From positions 147,746,001-147,810,000 of the forward strand of contig OZ024740.1 of NCBI GenBank assembly GCA_964016885.1: 64,000 nt of DNA. Direction: 5' to 3'. Below the pieces are notes generated by a model. That model was not told the DNA's origin. It made no database searches and saw nothing but the letters and a program-made list of their open reading frames with translations. Of the stretch, positions 36,916 through 53,385 are shown in pieces. Position numbers and translations under genes: made by a program. This stretch comes from Eledone cirrhosa. Taxonomy: Eukaryota. The stretch's first letter is position 1. Every line of letters begins with the position of its first letter.

Positions 36916-37290
36916 ACCTAAATATACATACACATACATACACACATACATAGACATACATGTACATACATATACGTACATCGATATTCATATATATATA
37001 TATATATATACACACATAGACATATACATACATACACACACAACTTACATACACACATATATATACATGTATATTCATACATAGAATTAGATATATAATC
37101 ATACATACATATGCACTTACTTATACTCATATATAGAAATACATACGCATCCATATATGCGTATATACATAAAAAACCACTACAACCTCACCTAACTCAG
37201 ACATACAAATAAAAATAATAATAAAAAGGCATATGTATATACATACACACACGCATTAATAGAGATATATATATACACACATACATACAC

Positions 37291-37321
<31 letters not shown>

Positions 37322-37441
37322 TATATATATATATACACACATACACTCATACATATATATATATATATACATAGATACCCACACACTCATACCACCATAA
37401 ATACACATACAAACACCCACATATACATATATATACACACG

Positions 37442-37475
<34 letters not shown>

Positions 37476-37603
37476 TAAAAAACAGACATGCACATATATA
37501 TATATTTTTTTACACTTATATATACACATATTATATACACATACACAACCTCACTTATACACACATACACATAAGTTATATTATAATAATAAAAAATAAT
37601 ATA

Positions 37604-37637
<34 letters not shown>

Positions 37638-37727
37638 CACACATACATATATATATATACATACATATAAACATATACATACATAAATACACACATACGA
37701 AAATAGACATATATTCACACATAGACA

Positions 37728-37801
<74 letters not shown>

Positions 37802-38692
37802 TACATATACACAGACACATATACACACTCACATATATATATATATGTGTGTGTGCACACACACATATATACACACATACACATATATATACACATAAAC
37901 ACATATATGTGCATACATGCACACACACACACATATATCACATAGATACGAAGATAGACATATAAATAGAGAGACATACATATATATACAACACACATAC
38001 ACACACATACATACACACGCATATACATATACATATATATATACATATATATATTCCTACATATACATGCATACATATATATACACATATATACACATAC
38101 ATACACATATACGTACACACATTCACATACACATACATATATACATGCATATATACACATATATACATACATACACACACTCATATATACACACACAATC
38201 TTACATTCATATTTGCATGCGCATATATGTATTTTTATATTTAGATATAAATACCCAAACCTATATAGACACCTACCTACATATATATTCATACATAGAC
38301 GCTTACAAATACAGATGATAATAGTATGGGGGAAAGGGGGGGGGGGTTTGGAGAAGGGGATCAAAGTAAATATATGTTTCAAGAAACATAGAATATTTTC
38401 CGTATCTTTATCCAATGTATGTTCTTACATATTTTCAGTGTTAGGAAATACAACAAACAAGAACTAAGGCAAAATCTATGCATCTCAAAATAAACAAGTA
38501 TACCATTAATCATATGTTAACTAAACCAAAGATAGTCAATATATTGATTTCTAAGGTGTAAATTAGTTAGGTTTATAATATTTGAAGCAGAATTTTGAAG
38601 TTAAACAGTAGTAGAGTATTAATTACAGTATAGCTAAATTAAAGTTAATAACGTTATGGTATCAATATTAGGAAATGAATTTAGTAATAGGG

Positions 38693-38724
<32 letters not shown>

Positions 38725-39469
38725 ACAAATAAAAATAAAATAAAGTATTACATCGGTAGTAGAATATAAATTATAGGTTAACTAAATTAAAAATTATATA
38801 TTTATTTCAATAGTATATGTTAATTAGGTATACAATACATAAAGCAGATATTGTATTTCATCAATAGCATAATATAATTATATGCAAATAGAAATCAAAA
38901 TTAATACGCATACATATACATATACATACACATACATATATACATATATACACACATATATATATATATATACATATATACACATATACAAACACACACA
39001 CATACACATACACATATACATATACATATCTTTTTCAAAAAATTGCATAGAATATATTAACTAGGTATATATCCAAAACACATCCCATTCTATGATTACA
39101 TGACATTCTGCAATTCGTCTGTATAAGGATACTAATTTTAAGCAAATTAAAATTAAAATTTTTAGGTTGATTAAAACTAAAACCAAATTATAAATATATT
39201 TCTAAAATGTATATTAATTAGGTCTATAATACTAAAAATTATTTCTCTGTCATTGGATACACGATATTATTTTGTTATATTTTATCTGTAAAAGAATTAT
39301 AATAAAAAGAATTATAATAAAAGGTTTAAATAAATTAAAATTAATCTATAAATTAAATTACTAAGTATATATTAGTAATATTTAAAGGTTTTTCACAATT
39401 TATGATTACATAATATTTTATATTCTCATCTGTAATAAAATTTTAATTAAATTAAATTTATAGGTTAAC

Positions 39470-39502
<33 letters not shown>

Positions 39503-40184
39503 ATATATGTGTATATATATATATATTTATTTTCTTGATATATTTCTTTTTTCTTTTTTCTTTTTTCTTTTTTCTTTTTTCTGTTTTTCTTTCTATTCTT
39601 TCCTCTTTAATGTTTTATTTATTATATTTTATTTTTTTATTTTTCTTAGTTTATAGATACATTTATATTAGGCAGTCTGCTCAGACAGTTGAATACTGAC
39701 CCCTCCCCCCCCCCCTCCCACCTAATTTCTGTATCTTGATCTAAAAATGTGTGTGCCAGTGTTTTATGTGAGTGAATTAATATCCATGTGCTTATGATTT
39801 TATATCCACATATATAAATGTGAGTGGGGGTGTGTGTGTGTTTGTATGTTCGTGGTTATGTGTATATTTATGCATATACGCGCGTGTATGTGTGATTGTA
39901 CGGATATGTGTGAGTATGAAAAAATATATTTATATACTTGACTCCATAAGTGTCAATACGCATCTTATCTGCGCATTGTAAACTTACAGAGACATTAACC
40001 TTGAAATTTTGTATTTGCATCCATCCTTTTAGTATGCGTATACAAATTATACATACATTTTTGTAAAATATGTGTAAGGGTTTTACATGTATATACACAC
40101 ACCGAACTGCATTTAACCCTTTGTGTTTTCATTGGTCAATTTTGAACTGAAATTTTGAATTGTTGTTATTATCAATAAATATAC

Positions 40185-40339
40185 TTCATTATTTCTGAAG
40201 ACGGCGTATATATGTGTTTGGTATGTATATTTAATCTTGATAATTTGTATAATTTTGTATAATTTTGTACATAGATCTGTTGAATATGCATACCAATTCT
40301 AACACATATATATCCTAGAAACGATCGTTAAATAATGAA
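40185..40339 (+). ncRNA. Type I hammerhead with elongated stem II in Naiad 5' pLTR
   Basis: ttcattattt-CTGAAGA-[~115 nt, tatatatgtg/cacatatata pairing]-GAAA-cgatcg-TT-aaataatgaa; perfect 10-bp stem I and palindromic stem III. Copies at 47614..47768 (+) and 34835..34989 (-). Confidence 0.65.
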
Positions 40340-40682
40340 CTTTTTTTGTTTAATATAAGGAATTGTTTATTCATTATTTGTTTAATATTTTATCTTGACT
40401 CTGTATACCGTTTATCTTTCACCGAAAGTGGTTTTTCATTACATCTCTTCTTTCCATGATATCCGGAATACATTGAGTTCTTCATACGGATTGGACACTA
40501 CCGTAAACTCTTGGTAGATTTATCTACATAATTTTGCTCCTATTTTCACGGAAATATTCGTATTTTTGTACTGTATGTGTGTATTAATTTTATATTTATG
40601 TATAAACATATATATATGTATGATTTTGTAAACCCATATACATTTAGTTGAGCTCTTTCAATTGTCCATCATCCATATCACA

Positions 40683-43125
40683 ATGGAAAAACAATATTTA
40701 GGAACCTCCTTAAAAAACATACCAATACCTTCTAAGGATGACTTCTTACTCCTTATGATTCAGAAAACTAATAATTTTATCAGAAGGGTTAGATGGAAAG
40801 CCTACCACTTCGATAGAAAATCTAAACAAGCAGATCGGAAATATATGTATGATTTCAATACTTACAAGAATCCACCACACAACTTTTTACTTGAAGACTT
40901 CGAGAAAGACCTTTTTAATTTAATTAAACACCTCAAATTTAAAAAGTATAAATCCGTCTTTCAAAAGGACCTTGATTCTACCCTATTGGACCTAAAAAAG
41001 TCTAAAAAAATCCATGTCCACTCGGACAAAACTGGTAACTTGTATCATATGGATATTGAACATTATAACGAGTTCATATATAAAGAACTCAGAAAAAATT
41101 ATAAAAAATCTAATAATGTGTCACTCACCAACATCAACAACAAAACACACAACATAGTAAAAAAACTAAACATTGAAGATAGAACTGAACCTTTGGCATT
41201 GAAAAGACCACACTTCAACCTGAAAGATCACAAATCTAACTTTAACTCAAATCCTTCTATTAGACTTATATGTCCCTCCAAATCAGATATTGGAATAATT
41301 AGCAAAAAAATTTTAGATAGAGTCATCCCACAAATAAGAAAACACGTTATTTTACCACTCTGGGAAAACACCTCCCAGGTAATTAACTGGTTTAAAAATA
41401 TTAGGTGTAAATCTTCTGCTTCTTTCCTACAATTTGATATAGATAATTACTATTCTTCTATATCACCTATACTCCTGAACAAAGCATTGATATTTGCTAA
41501 AAATAGATCTAACTTAACTTTGGATGACATTAACATTATTACACATGCTAGACTAACACTTATTGAATTTCAGAATGAATACTGGACCAGAAACACATAC
41601 AGTAATCTTTTTGATATTACTATGGGTTCAAGCGATTCCGCCCAAATTACTGATCTTGTGGGCCTCTTTCTCCTTTTCAACATAAATGCCTCTTTTCCCC
41701 ACCTCAAAGGTGGTTTATATCGTGATGACTGTCTTCTTCTTTCTAACAACCTTAGCCTTTCAGAAATTGAAAAAAACAAAAAACATATTAGAACTTTCCT
41801 TAAAGACTATTATAATCTTAATATTACTTTTGAAAAAACAAGTAAAGTAGTAAATTTCCTAGATATAACTTTAGATTTAGCTACGGGTATCTACCAACCT
41901 TACCATAAACCTAACCAAAACTTACATTACATACACTCACAATCTAATCACCCTAAATCTATCCTTAAAAACCTTGCATATAATATATCACTTAGAATTT
42001 CTAACCTTTCTTCTAACCAAGATGTATTTGATAAAAATGCGACCTTCTATAACGAAGCTCTAGATAGAAGTGGCCACAAAAATAGATTAGAGTATATACC
42101 TTCTACTAAAAATACTGAAAGCATACAACATAATATTACCAACAAACACCAAATGAAAAGTACACACCTAAATGCCACCCACACTATACCCCAAAATACC
42201 AAATCTTCTAATATAAAGTATAGTAACTCTCAAAAAACTACTCATCATACAACTATAATAAATATTAATAATAAAACTCCTAATAAAAAGGATAAAACAC
42301 CTAAATCTACAAATATAACTAAAAATAGTTGTGGTGAGATCATTAACATTAATCCTCCTAGTAAAAATCACGATACAACCTATAAAAATAATAAAAATAA
42401 TAAACAACATAGAAACCGTAATAGACGGGTTACTTGGTATAATGCTCCTTTTAATTTACAAGTTAAGGATAATATTGCTAAAAAATTTTTTTTATATCCT
42501 TGAGAAAAACTTCCCGCCAAACCACAAATACCATCAAATCTTAAATAGGTCTACAGTTAAATTCTCATACTCTACAACAAATAACATAAAACAAAATATA
42601 AGTGCATATAATGCATATAAATGTAAGAAAACCATAAGTATACCACCAGTACATCAAATTAACCATAATATCTCCTCAAATACAGAATTAACGAAAGGAT
42701 GTAACTGTAGAAACAAAGCAAACTGCCCATTAAAAGGGAATTGTCTTGTTAACAACATAGTCTATAAATGTAATGTTAAAACTAAAGATTCTATTTGCTC
42801 ATATATAGGAGCTACATCTAACAATTTTAAGACAAGGTTTAATACCCACAAGCATAGTTTTAAAAATGCCGCACTGGCTAATACAACATCTCTAGCAGAA
42901 AAAATCAATAGTTATAAAAATAAGAATATAAAATATGATTTGACCTGGAGTGTGCTCAAAAGAGCCACCCCTTATCAAAATAATAGAAATGAATGTAGAT
43001 TATGTTCCCAAGAACTATTTGAAATAATGAAGTCTAAGGATATCTTATTAAATAAACGACAGGAATTAATTATATCGTGTAATCATAAACTAAAAAAAAC
43101 ATTTAAATATTATAAACCTAATTAA
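40683..43125 (+). CDS. Naiad PLE polyprotein (RT + CxCx5C linker + GIY-YIG), single frameshift in the homopolymer at ~42480-42493
   Basis: SLKNIPIPS..IRRVRWKA N-terminus; DKTGN; LKDHK..NPSIRLICP; FDIDNYYSSI; GLYRDD; NFLDITL; GCNCRNKANCPLKGNC; VYKC..YIG; CRLC..LLNKR.E..C.H. Confidence 0.9.
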
Positions 43126-44817
43126 TAACATTATTTTAGAAATTAATTTAATTTAAATGTTAGTTAACCTATAAATTTAATTTAATTAAAATTTTATTAC
43201 AGATGAGAATATAAAATATTATGTAATCATAAATTGTGAAAAACCTTTAAATATTACTAATATATACTTAGTAATTTAATTTATAGATTAATTTTAATTT
43301 ATTTAAACCTTTTATTATAATTCTTTTTATTATAATTCTTTTACAGATAAAATATAACAAAATAATATCGTGTATCCAATGACAGAGAAATAATTTTTAG
43401 TATTATAGACCTAATTAATATACATTTTAGAAATATATTTATAATTTGGTTTTAGTTTTAATCAACCTAAAAATTTTAATTTTAATTTGCTTAAAATTAG
43501 TATCCTTATACAGACGAATTGCAGAATGTCATGTAATCATAGAATGGGATGTGTTTTGGATATATACCTAGTTAATATATTCTATGCAATTTTTTGAAAA
43601 AGATATGTATATGTATATGTGTATGTGTATGTGTGTGTGTTTGTATATGTGTATATATGTATATATATATATATATGTGTGTATATATGTATATATGTAT
43701 GTGTATGTATATGTATATGTATGCGTATTAATTTTGATTTCTATTTGCATATAATTATATTATGCTATTGATGAAATACAATATCTGCTTTATGTATTGT
43801 ATACCTAATTAACATATACTATTGAAATAAATATATAATTTTTAATTTAGTTAACCTATAATTTATATTCTACTACCGATGTAATACTTTATTTTATTTT
43901 TATTTGTGTTTTTTTTTTTTTTTTTTTTTTCCCTATTACTAAATTCATTTCCTAATATTGATACCATAACGTTATTAACTTTAATTTAGCTATACTGTAA
44001 TTAATACTCTACTACTGTTTAACTTCAAAATTCTGCTTCAAATATTATAAACCTAACTAATTTACACCTTAGAAATCAATATATTGACTATCTTTGGTTT
44101 AGTTAACATATGATTAATGGTATACTTGTTTATTTTGAGATGCATAGATTTTGCCTTAGTTCTTGTTTGTTGTATTTCCTAACACTGAAAATATGTAAGA
44201 ACATACATTGGATAAAGATACGGAAAATATTCTATGTTTCTTGAAACATATATTTACTTTGATCCCCTTCTCCAAACCCCCCCTTTCCCCCATACTATTA
44301 TCATCTGTATTTGTAAGCGTCTATGTATGAATATATATGTAGGTAGGTGTCTATATAGGTTTGGGTATTTATATCTAAATATAAAAATACATATATGCGC
44401 ATGCAAATATGAATGTAAGATTGTGTGTGTATATATGAGTGTGTGTATGTATGTATATATGTGTATATATGCATGTATATATGTATGTGTATGTGAATGT
44501 GTGTACGTATATGTGTATGTATGTGTATATATGTGTATATATATGTATGCATGTATATGTAGGAATATATATATGTATATATATATGTATATGTATATGC
44601 GTGTGTATGTATGTGTGTGTATGTGTGTTGTATATATATGTATGTCTCTCTATTTATATGTCTATCTTCGTATCTATGTGATATATGTGTGTGTGTGTGC
44701 ATGTATGCACATATATGTGTTTATGTGTATATATATGTGTATGTGTGTATATATGTGTGTGTGCACACACACATATATATATATATGTGAGTGTGTATAT
44801 GTGTCTGTGTATATGTA

Positions 44818-44865
<48 letters not shown>

Positions 44866-44955
44866 TGTCTATGTGTGAATATATGTCTATTTTCGTATGT
44901 GTGTATTTATGTATGTATATGTTTATATGTATGTATATATATATATGTATGTGTG

Positions 44956-44989
<34 letters not shown>

Positions 44990-45117
44990 TATATTATTTT
45001 TTATTATTATAATATAACTTATGTGTATGTGTGTATAAGTGAGGTTGTGTATGTGTATATAATATGTGTATATATAAGTGTAAAAAAATATATATATATG
45101 TGCATGTCTGTTTTTTA

Positions 45118-45153
<36 letters not shown>

Positions 45154-45273
45154 CGTGTGTATATATATGTATATGTGGGTGTTTGTATGTGTATTTATGG
45201 TGGTATGAGTGTGTGGGTATCTATGTATATATATATATATATGTATGAGTGTATGTGTGTATATATATATATA

Positions 45274-45304
<31 letters not shown>

Positions 45305-45679
45305 GTGTATGTATGTGTGTATATATATATCTCTATTAATGCGTGTGTGTATGTATATACATATGCCTTTTTATTATTATTTTTATTTGTATGTCTGAGT
45401 TAGGTGAGGTTGTAGTGGTTTTTTATGTATATACGCATATATGGATGCGTATGTATTTCTATATATGAGTATAAGTAAGTGCATATGTATGTATGATTAT
45501 ATATCTAATTCTATGTATGAATATACATGTATATATATGTGTGTATGTAAGTTGTGTGTGTATGTATGTATATGTCTATGTGTGTATATATATATATATA
45601 TATATGAATATCGATGTACGTATATGTATGTACATGTATGTCTATGTATGTGTGTATGTATGTGTATGTATATTTAGGT

Positions 45680-45733
<54 letters not shown>

Positions 45734-45973
45734 ATATATATATATGTATATATCTTTATTATTTATTTTTTATATATATGTGTATGTGTGTATGGGTTGC
45801 GTGTGTGTGTGTGTATATATATATCTTTATTTATGTGTATGTGTATGTTCGTGTAGGTGTATGTGTGTGTATGATTTTATATGTATGTGTGTATGTGTGT
45901 ATGTGTAAATATTTCTATGTGTGTGTACATGTATGTATGTGTATATATCTGTATGTGTGTGTATGTGTATTTG

Positions 45974-46033
<60 letters not shown>

Positions 46034-46656
46034 ATATATATATATGTATATGTATGTGTGTGTGTATGTATATATATATATATATATATATCTATATGTT
46101 TTTCTATTTGTATATGTATGTGTGTATAGGTATATACCTTTCTCTTTGTATTTCTAAGTTGTGTGATAGTGTAGTGGTGTTTGTATGTATATACCGATAT
46201 ATAGATGCGTAAGTATTTGTCTGTATGTGTATATATGTAAGTCTGTATATATTTGTGTGTATATATAGCTATGTATGTGTATATCTGTATGTATATTAGT
46301 ATGTAAGTGTTGTATATGTGCATGTATGTGTGTGGTTATATATATCTGTGTCTATATAGTATGTGTAATTATATGTATATGTGTGTGTATATGTACGTGT
46401 ATGTACATATATATGTATTTGTATATATATATATATATATATCCTAGAAACGATCGTTAAATAATGAACTTTTTTTGTTTAATATAAGGAATTGTTTATT
46501 CATTATTTGTTTAATATTTTATCTTGACTCTGTATACCGTTTATCTTTCACCGAAAGTGGTTTTTCATTACATCTCTTCTTTCCATGATATCCGGAATAC
46601 ATTGAGTTCTTCATACGGATTGGACACTACCGTAAACTCTTGGTAGATTTATCTAC

Positions 46657-46690
<34 letters not shown>

Positions 46691-46884
46691 GTATGTGTAT
46701 TTGTATGTATATGTGTATATGTATGTATGTGTGTATATGTATATGTTTATATATGTGTGTATATGTATGTTCTTAGTGTGGATGTGTGTATATGTATGTA
46801 TGTGTTTATATATGTGTGTATATTTATGTATGGATATGTGTGTGTCTATGTGTATATATATGTATGTTTTTATATATATGTATA

Positions 46885-46931
<47 letters not shown>

Positions 46932-47819
46932 ATATATGTGTATATATATATATATTTATTTTCTTGATATATTTCTTTTTTCTTTTTTCTTTTTTCTTTT
47001 TTCTTTTTTCTGTTTTTCTTTCTATTCTTTCCTCTTTAATGTTTTATTTATTATATTTTATTTTTTTATTTTTCTTAGTTTATAGATACATTTATATTAG
47101 GCAGTCTGCTCAGACAGTTGAATACTGACCCCTCCCCCCCCCCCTCCCACCTAATTTCTGTATCTTGATCTAAAAATGTGTGTGCCAGTGTTTTATGTGA
47201 GTGAATTAATATCCATGTGCTTATGATTTTATATCCACATATATAAATGTGAGTGGGGGTGTGTGTGTGTTTGTATGTTCGTGGTTATGTGTATATTTAT
47301 GCATATACGCGCGTGTATGTGTGATTGTACGGATATGTGTGAGTATGAAAAAATATATTTATATACTTGACTCCATAAGTGTCAATACGCATCTTATCTG
47401 CGCATTGTAAACTTACAGAGACATTAACCTTGAAATTTTGTATTTGCATCCATCCTTTTAGTATGCGTATACAAATTATACATACATTTTTGTAAAATAT
47501 GTGTAAGGGTTTTACATGTATATACACACACCGAACTGCATTTAACCCTTTGTGTTTTCATTGGTCAATTTTGAACTGAAATTTTGAATTGTTGTTATTA
47601 TCAATAAATATACTTCATTATTTCTGAAGACGGCGTATATATGTGTTTGGTATGTATATTTAATCTTGATAATTTGTATAATTTTGTATAATTTTGTACA
47701 TAGATCTGTTGAATATGCATACCAATTCTAACACATATATATCCTAGAAACGATCGTTAAATAATGAACTTTTTTTGTTTAATATAAGGAATTGTTTATT
47801 CATTATTTGTTTAATATTT

Positions 47820-48993
<1,174 letters not shown>

Positions 48994-48994
48994 T

Positions 48995-49741
48995 TAGAAA
49001 GTGAGGTTTTTTTACTCGTTTGGGTTTTTTACTCGTGTCCTACACGACTGAAAGTATAAGGAAAAAAGATGAAATCGAAAATGCAACTGGAGTCTTATTT
49101 TTTTTTAAATATATATATTTATTTGGTTCCTTTACCGGTTTCGCAGTTCTTCTGCTTTTCAAAAGTAGAGTTGAGATGGAGGGTCTGTGGTTTTTCTCAC
49201 ATCTGGTTGGTCTTTGAATGTTACTTGTTTTATATGGAAAAAAGTGGCTCGAAACGCCAGGTTTTTAGAGAAGTAATTTGATTGGTTGATGAATAAATAT
49301 AATAAATTGTTTTTTCATATATGAGTGAAGTTTGGTTGGTTGATGCAGTCACCTGTATAAGCACATCAGCTTTCGCGCCAGTTTGTTTGAATTTCTTTTT
49401 ACTTAAAAAAAAGTGGCTGACGAAGGCTTTTTTTTTTTATAAATGTAATTTGATTGGTTATAAATGAAATTATGACTGTCACGTGAACAAGTTCATTAAA
49501 TTTCGCGCCCGTATTTGGGAATTTATTTTGTAGTCTTTTAGAGAATTTTATGACAAACACTTTTTTCCATATAAAACAAGTACATTCAAAGACCAACCAG
49601 ATGTGAGAAAATCCACAGACCCTCCATCTCAACTCTACTTTTGAAAAGCAGAAGAACTGCGAAACCGGTAAAGGAACCAAATAAATATATATATTTAAAA
49701 AAAAATAAGACTCCAGTTGCATTTTCGATTTCATCTTTTTT

Positions 49742-49748
<7 letters not shown>
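48995..49748. repeat. Unclassified fold-back element in (TA)n
   Basis: ~190-bp inverted repeats at 49055-49246 and 49558-49748 around a ~310-bp spacer. Confidence 0.75.
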
Positions 49749-49829
<81 letters not shown>

Positions 49830-49832
<3 letters not shown>

Positions 49833-52607
49833 GGTGTTCCAGAATCCCACATTTTACACAAAAGTGCTTTTTTCTTAGCTCCCTATGCATTTTCTCATGC
49901 CATTTTGTATATTATCAATTTATAATGCAATTTTGATTATTTCAGACAAATTAAGCTTTGCCTAATAGTTGCAAATTGGCAGAATAATGGCGGAAACCAG
50001 TGGGCCTAGTTGTAGCTACTCGCTCCGTTGTGATGATCGAGAAATATGGCTCCTGGGGCAATATGTTACATCCTCTTCACCAAACAAAATACCAACAAAG
50101 GGAGATGTTCTAAGATATTTCTTCTACCTGAAAGATGGTCCTACGAAACACGAAAAGCATGTGAGCTTCAATGGTGCTATTGCGGATAGGCTTGTGATGG
50201 GAAGTAGTTAGTCAGTGGGGAAAAGCTGGTGTGGCGACCCAACGAAAAGACAAAGTGAAACTGAAACTTATGAACATGTACAGTGAATACAGAAATTTAC
50301 AAAACAACAAAGGTTCTAAGTCAAACAAAGAAAAGGAAGCACTATTTATTTCTGAATTGGATTCTTATTTCTACATTGCACATACTGATGCTGAAAAGAA
50401 AAGTTTGAAAGACCGTCTTCGTAATAATGAACAGAAAATGGAAGATGCTACATTTCTCGAAGCCCTGCGTTGCCAGAAAAAAGTATCTCTGGGTGCTGAA
50501 AACAAGGGTTACCAGAAAAAGGTATCTTGAAAGTTTAAGCGTGATCAGCTTTCTGTGGCTCGTCGAGAGTCAGAGAACAATAGAAAGCGTTTGTCAGGAT
50601 CTGTAGCAGCACAACTTCCACGTAATGAACTGAGTGATTCAAGTTCAACCAATGATGAAACTGAAGATGAACAGGATCCTGAATTTCAGGCCTCAAACCC
50701 ACCCAGAGACAGCTCAAAGTCAGACAAGAAACGAAAAATCTAGCTGGCACTCCCAAAGAATCCATTTCAAAGTCCCAAAATTTCTCTAATGGCTGATAGT
50801 TTAAACCTGACACTGGGCCAGAGAACAGCATTTATGGCATCGATTATTTCTGAGGGTGGGACTGACATAGACGCCACAACTCTCTCCAAGAATAGTAGCA
50901 GACGTGCAGCTAAGAAGATCAGAACTATGGGGTCTGAACACATAAAGGAACAATTTGCTGTACCAGACTTTGTTACCTTGCATTGGGATGGCAAAATAAT
51001 TCCTGGTGACCACGAGAGGCTAGGTGTGCTAGTTGCTGGAACTCCGGACTTCAGAGAAGATAAACTCCTCGGTGTTCCCATAATTCCTGATGGCACTGGA
51101 ACCCCCCAAGCCAAAGCATCATTTGATCTTGTTAAAGATTGGAATGTTGATGGGTCTGTGGTGGGCTTGGTCTTCGACACAACTGATTCGAATTCTGGAT
51201 GGAAAAATGGTGCCTGCGTGAAACTAGAAGAGATGCTCAACAAAAAGGTGTTTTATTTTGCTTGTCGGCACCATGTCATGGAGTGTATCTTGTGTGCAGT
51301 GTGGCAACAACTATTCGGATCAATGTCCAGTCCAGACACCCCAGAGTTAAAGGAGTTAAAAAAAGATTGGGTGTCACTCACGGACAAGACCAACTTTAAA
51401 ACATTGAACATTGTCGACTGGAGACTCAAGCGTCTGTGTTCTGAGAACATCAAGTTCCTCCAAGATTTGCTGACATCCGACGGTGGGAAAATGAGTTCTC
51501 TTCCACGGGACGACTACCGAGAATGTGCCAAGTTGATGTTGATCTTGCTTGGTGTCACCCCTCCTCGTGGAATTCATTGGATGCTGCCTGGTGCACATCA
51601 TAACGCTCGGTGGATGTCCACAATCATCTATAGTTCAAAGATCTATGCATTTGGTGAGCGACTCAATTACGATCAAGCTAAAATGGAAAAGATGCGCCGG
51701 ATCTGTATGTTCAATGCTCTGTTCTACGTGCGATACTGGCTGACAGCAGTCAAGTGTGCTGATGCACCATCCAATGACCTTCAATTCTACGTGGAGTTGA
51801 CACAGTACAGTAAGGTTGACAGATATCTCTCGCAGGCAGCCACTACTGCTCTGAGCAGGCATCTTTGGTACCTGACGGAGGAAGCCATTCCGCTAGCTCT
51901 GTTTTCAAGTCGGGTCCAAGAGTCCGAAACAAATAGCTCAACGTCTTGTCAAAACGAAAACGTCTGGGCCTCTCGACCGTGGTGCTCCAGTATTTCCCGA
52001 GTAGAAGTCGTCCACGAAGCTGCCTCATCTAGTTGGGAAGAAATCAAGGCTTCTGTTCCATCTTGGTCTCGACGATACTTGGCTTGAGCTGTCACCTGCA
52101 ACTTGGTCATCACAAGCGTCATATCAAAATGCCTGTGCTGTTGTTCACAATATCAAGGTAGTCAACGATCTGGCGGAAAGAGCAGTCAAGTTGATAACTG
52201 ATTTTGTTGCCATCACCAAGAATGAGGAGGAGAAGCAGTGTGTTCTTCAAGTAGTCGAAGCTCATCGTCGTAAGGTCCCGGATTTCAAAAAAGAAACTCT
52301 GAAAAAAATATGACTGGAGTTAACTTAACTGAACTTGTTTCTTCCTTATACGCCTTTATATTCAAAACTGGTTTACTAAATATAATGGATTAATAAAATA
52401 AACAATTATTGTATGGTCATATTTGGTTTCACAATATCATGATTTCATGCAACATAATCACACTTTCCACTATAATCACAATAATATAGGCAAGGCTCAA
52501 AATAATTTATTTTATACAAAATATGTTTTATTTTACCAATTGGGGCATTTATAATGGGAAAATACACAGGGAGCGTTAGTATTGTGACCTTGCTTTTTAT
52601 GGCACAC

Positions 52608-52611
<4 letters not shown>
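49830..52611 (+). mobile_element. hAT superfamily (hATm-type) DNA transposon, decayed
   Basis: Imperfect TIRs TAGGGTGTTCCAGAA / TAGAGTGTGCCATAA; inserted in (TA)n. Confidence 0.85.
49987..52313 (+). pseudogene. hATm-type transposase with stops and frameshifts
   Basis: LHWDGK, FDTTDSNSG..GAC, ACRHH, PGAHHNARWM, HLWYL, VVNDLAERAVKL motifs spread over several frames. Confidence 0.85.
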
Positions 52612-52679
<68 letters not shown>

Positions 52680-52787
52680 ATACTTTGGGAGGGTCATGTT
52701 GCCAAATTCAGAAACGAAATATATCTATATATCTATATCTATATATATATATATACATGCATATATATATATATATATATATATACA

Positions 52788-52824
<37 letters not shown>

Positions 52825-53385
52825 GCATATATATACATACACGCTCATATATGTACATAACTAAGTAAGAAAGGGTCTAGTAAAAATAATTAATATGTGT
52901 ATATATATTTCCGTCTGCTTTTGTGCCTCACATAGGTTTGTCTTTGGTCACTTTCAGTTGCATAGCAGTTCTTCAATGTCAGTCTTTCTTCAGTCATCAG
53001 TCAAATTTACGATTAATATTTTGATAACAACAACACTAACAAGAAGAAGAAGAAGAAGAAGAAGAAGAAGAAGAAGAAGAAGAAGAAGAAGAAGAAGAAG
53101 AAGAAAATGGTAGTTTATTTACAGAAAAAGATTAAAACCTGATATCGGCAGGATTTGAACTCGAAGCGCTGAGGGTTGAAATACATACCGCAAGTCATTC
53201 TGCTGCTGCTGTGTGTGAAGCAAGATGCCCTACCTTCCTTCTCCACACACACACACAAATAACAACGACAAAAAACTAAAAAAAATTATAAAACAACAGA
53301 AAATGAAAAACCGTTGGAACAAGGGATATAATTCCCTGAATACAATCAATGGGAGATAACTTATAATGACTAATGAGTGAAATTA

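Larger units (their letters stand above)
34647..47820 (+). mobile_element. Naiad-type Penelope-like retroelement with pseudo-LTRs and a ~4.8-kb inverted duplication
   Basis: 34647-39470 is an inverted copy of the 3' region starting at 43162; 5' pLTR 39491-40530 is a direct repeat of 46919-47820; central RT + GIY-YIG ORF; flanked by long (TA)n. Confidence 0.9.

Noticed and set aside
40683-43125. Selenoprotein-type Naiad (in-frame TGA plus SECIS)
   Set aside because: No in-frame TGA in either ORF segment; the linker cysteines are ordinary Cys codons.
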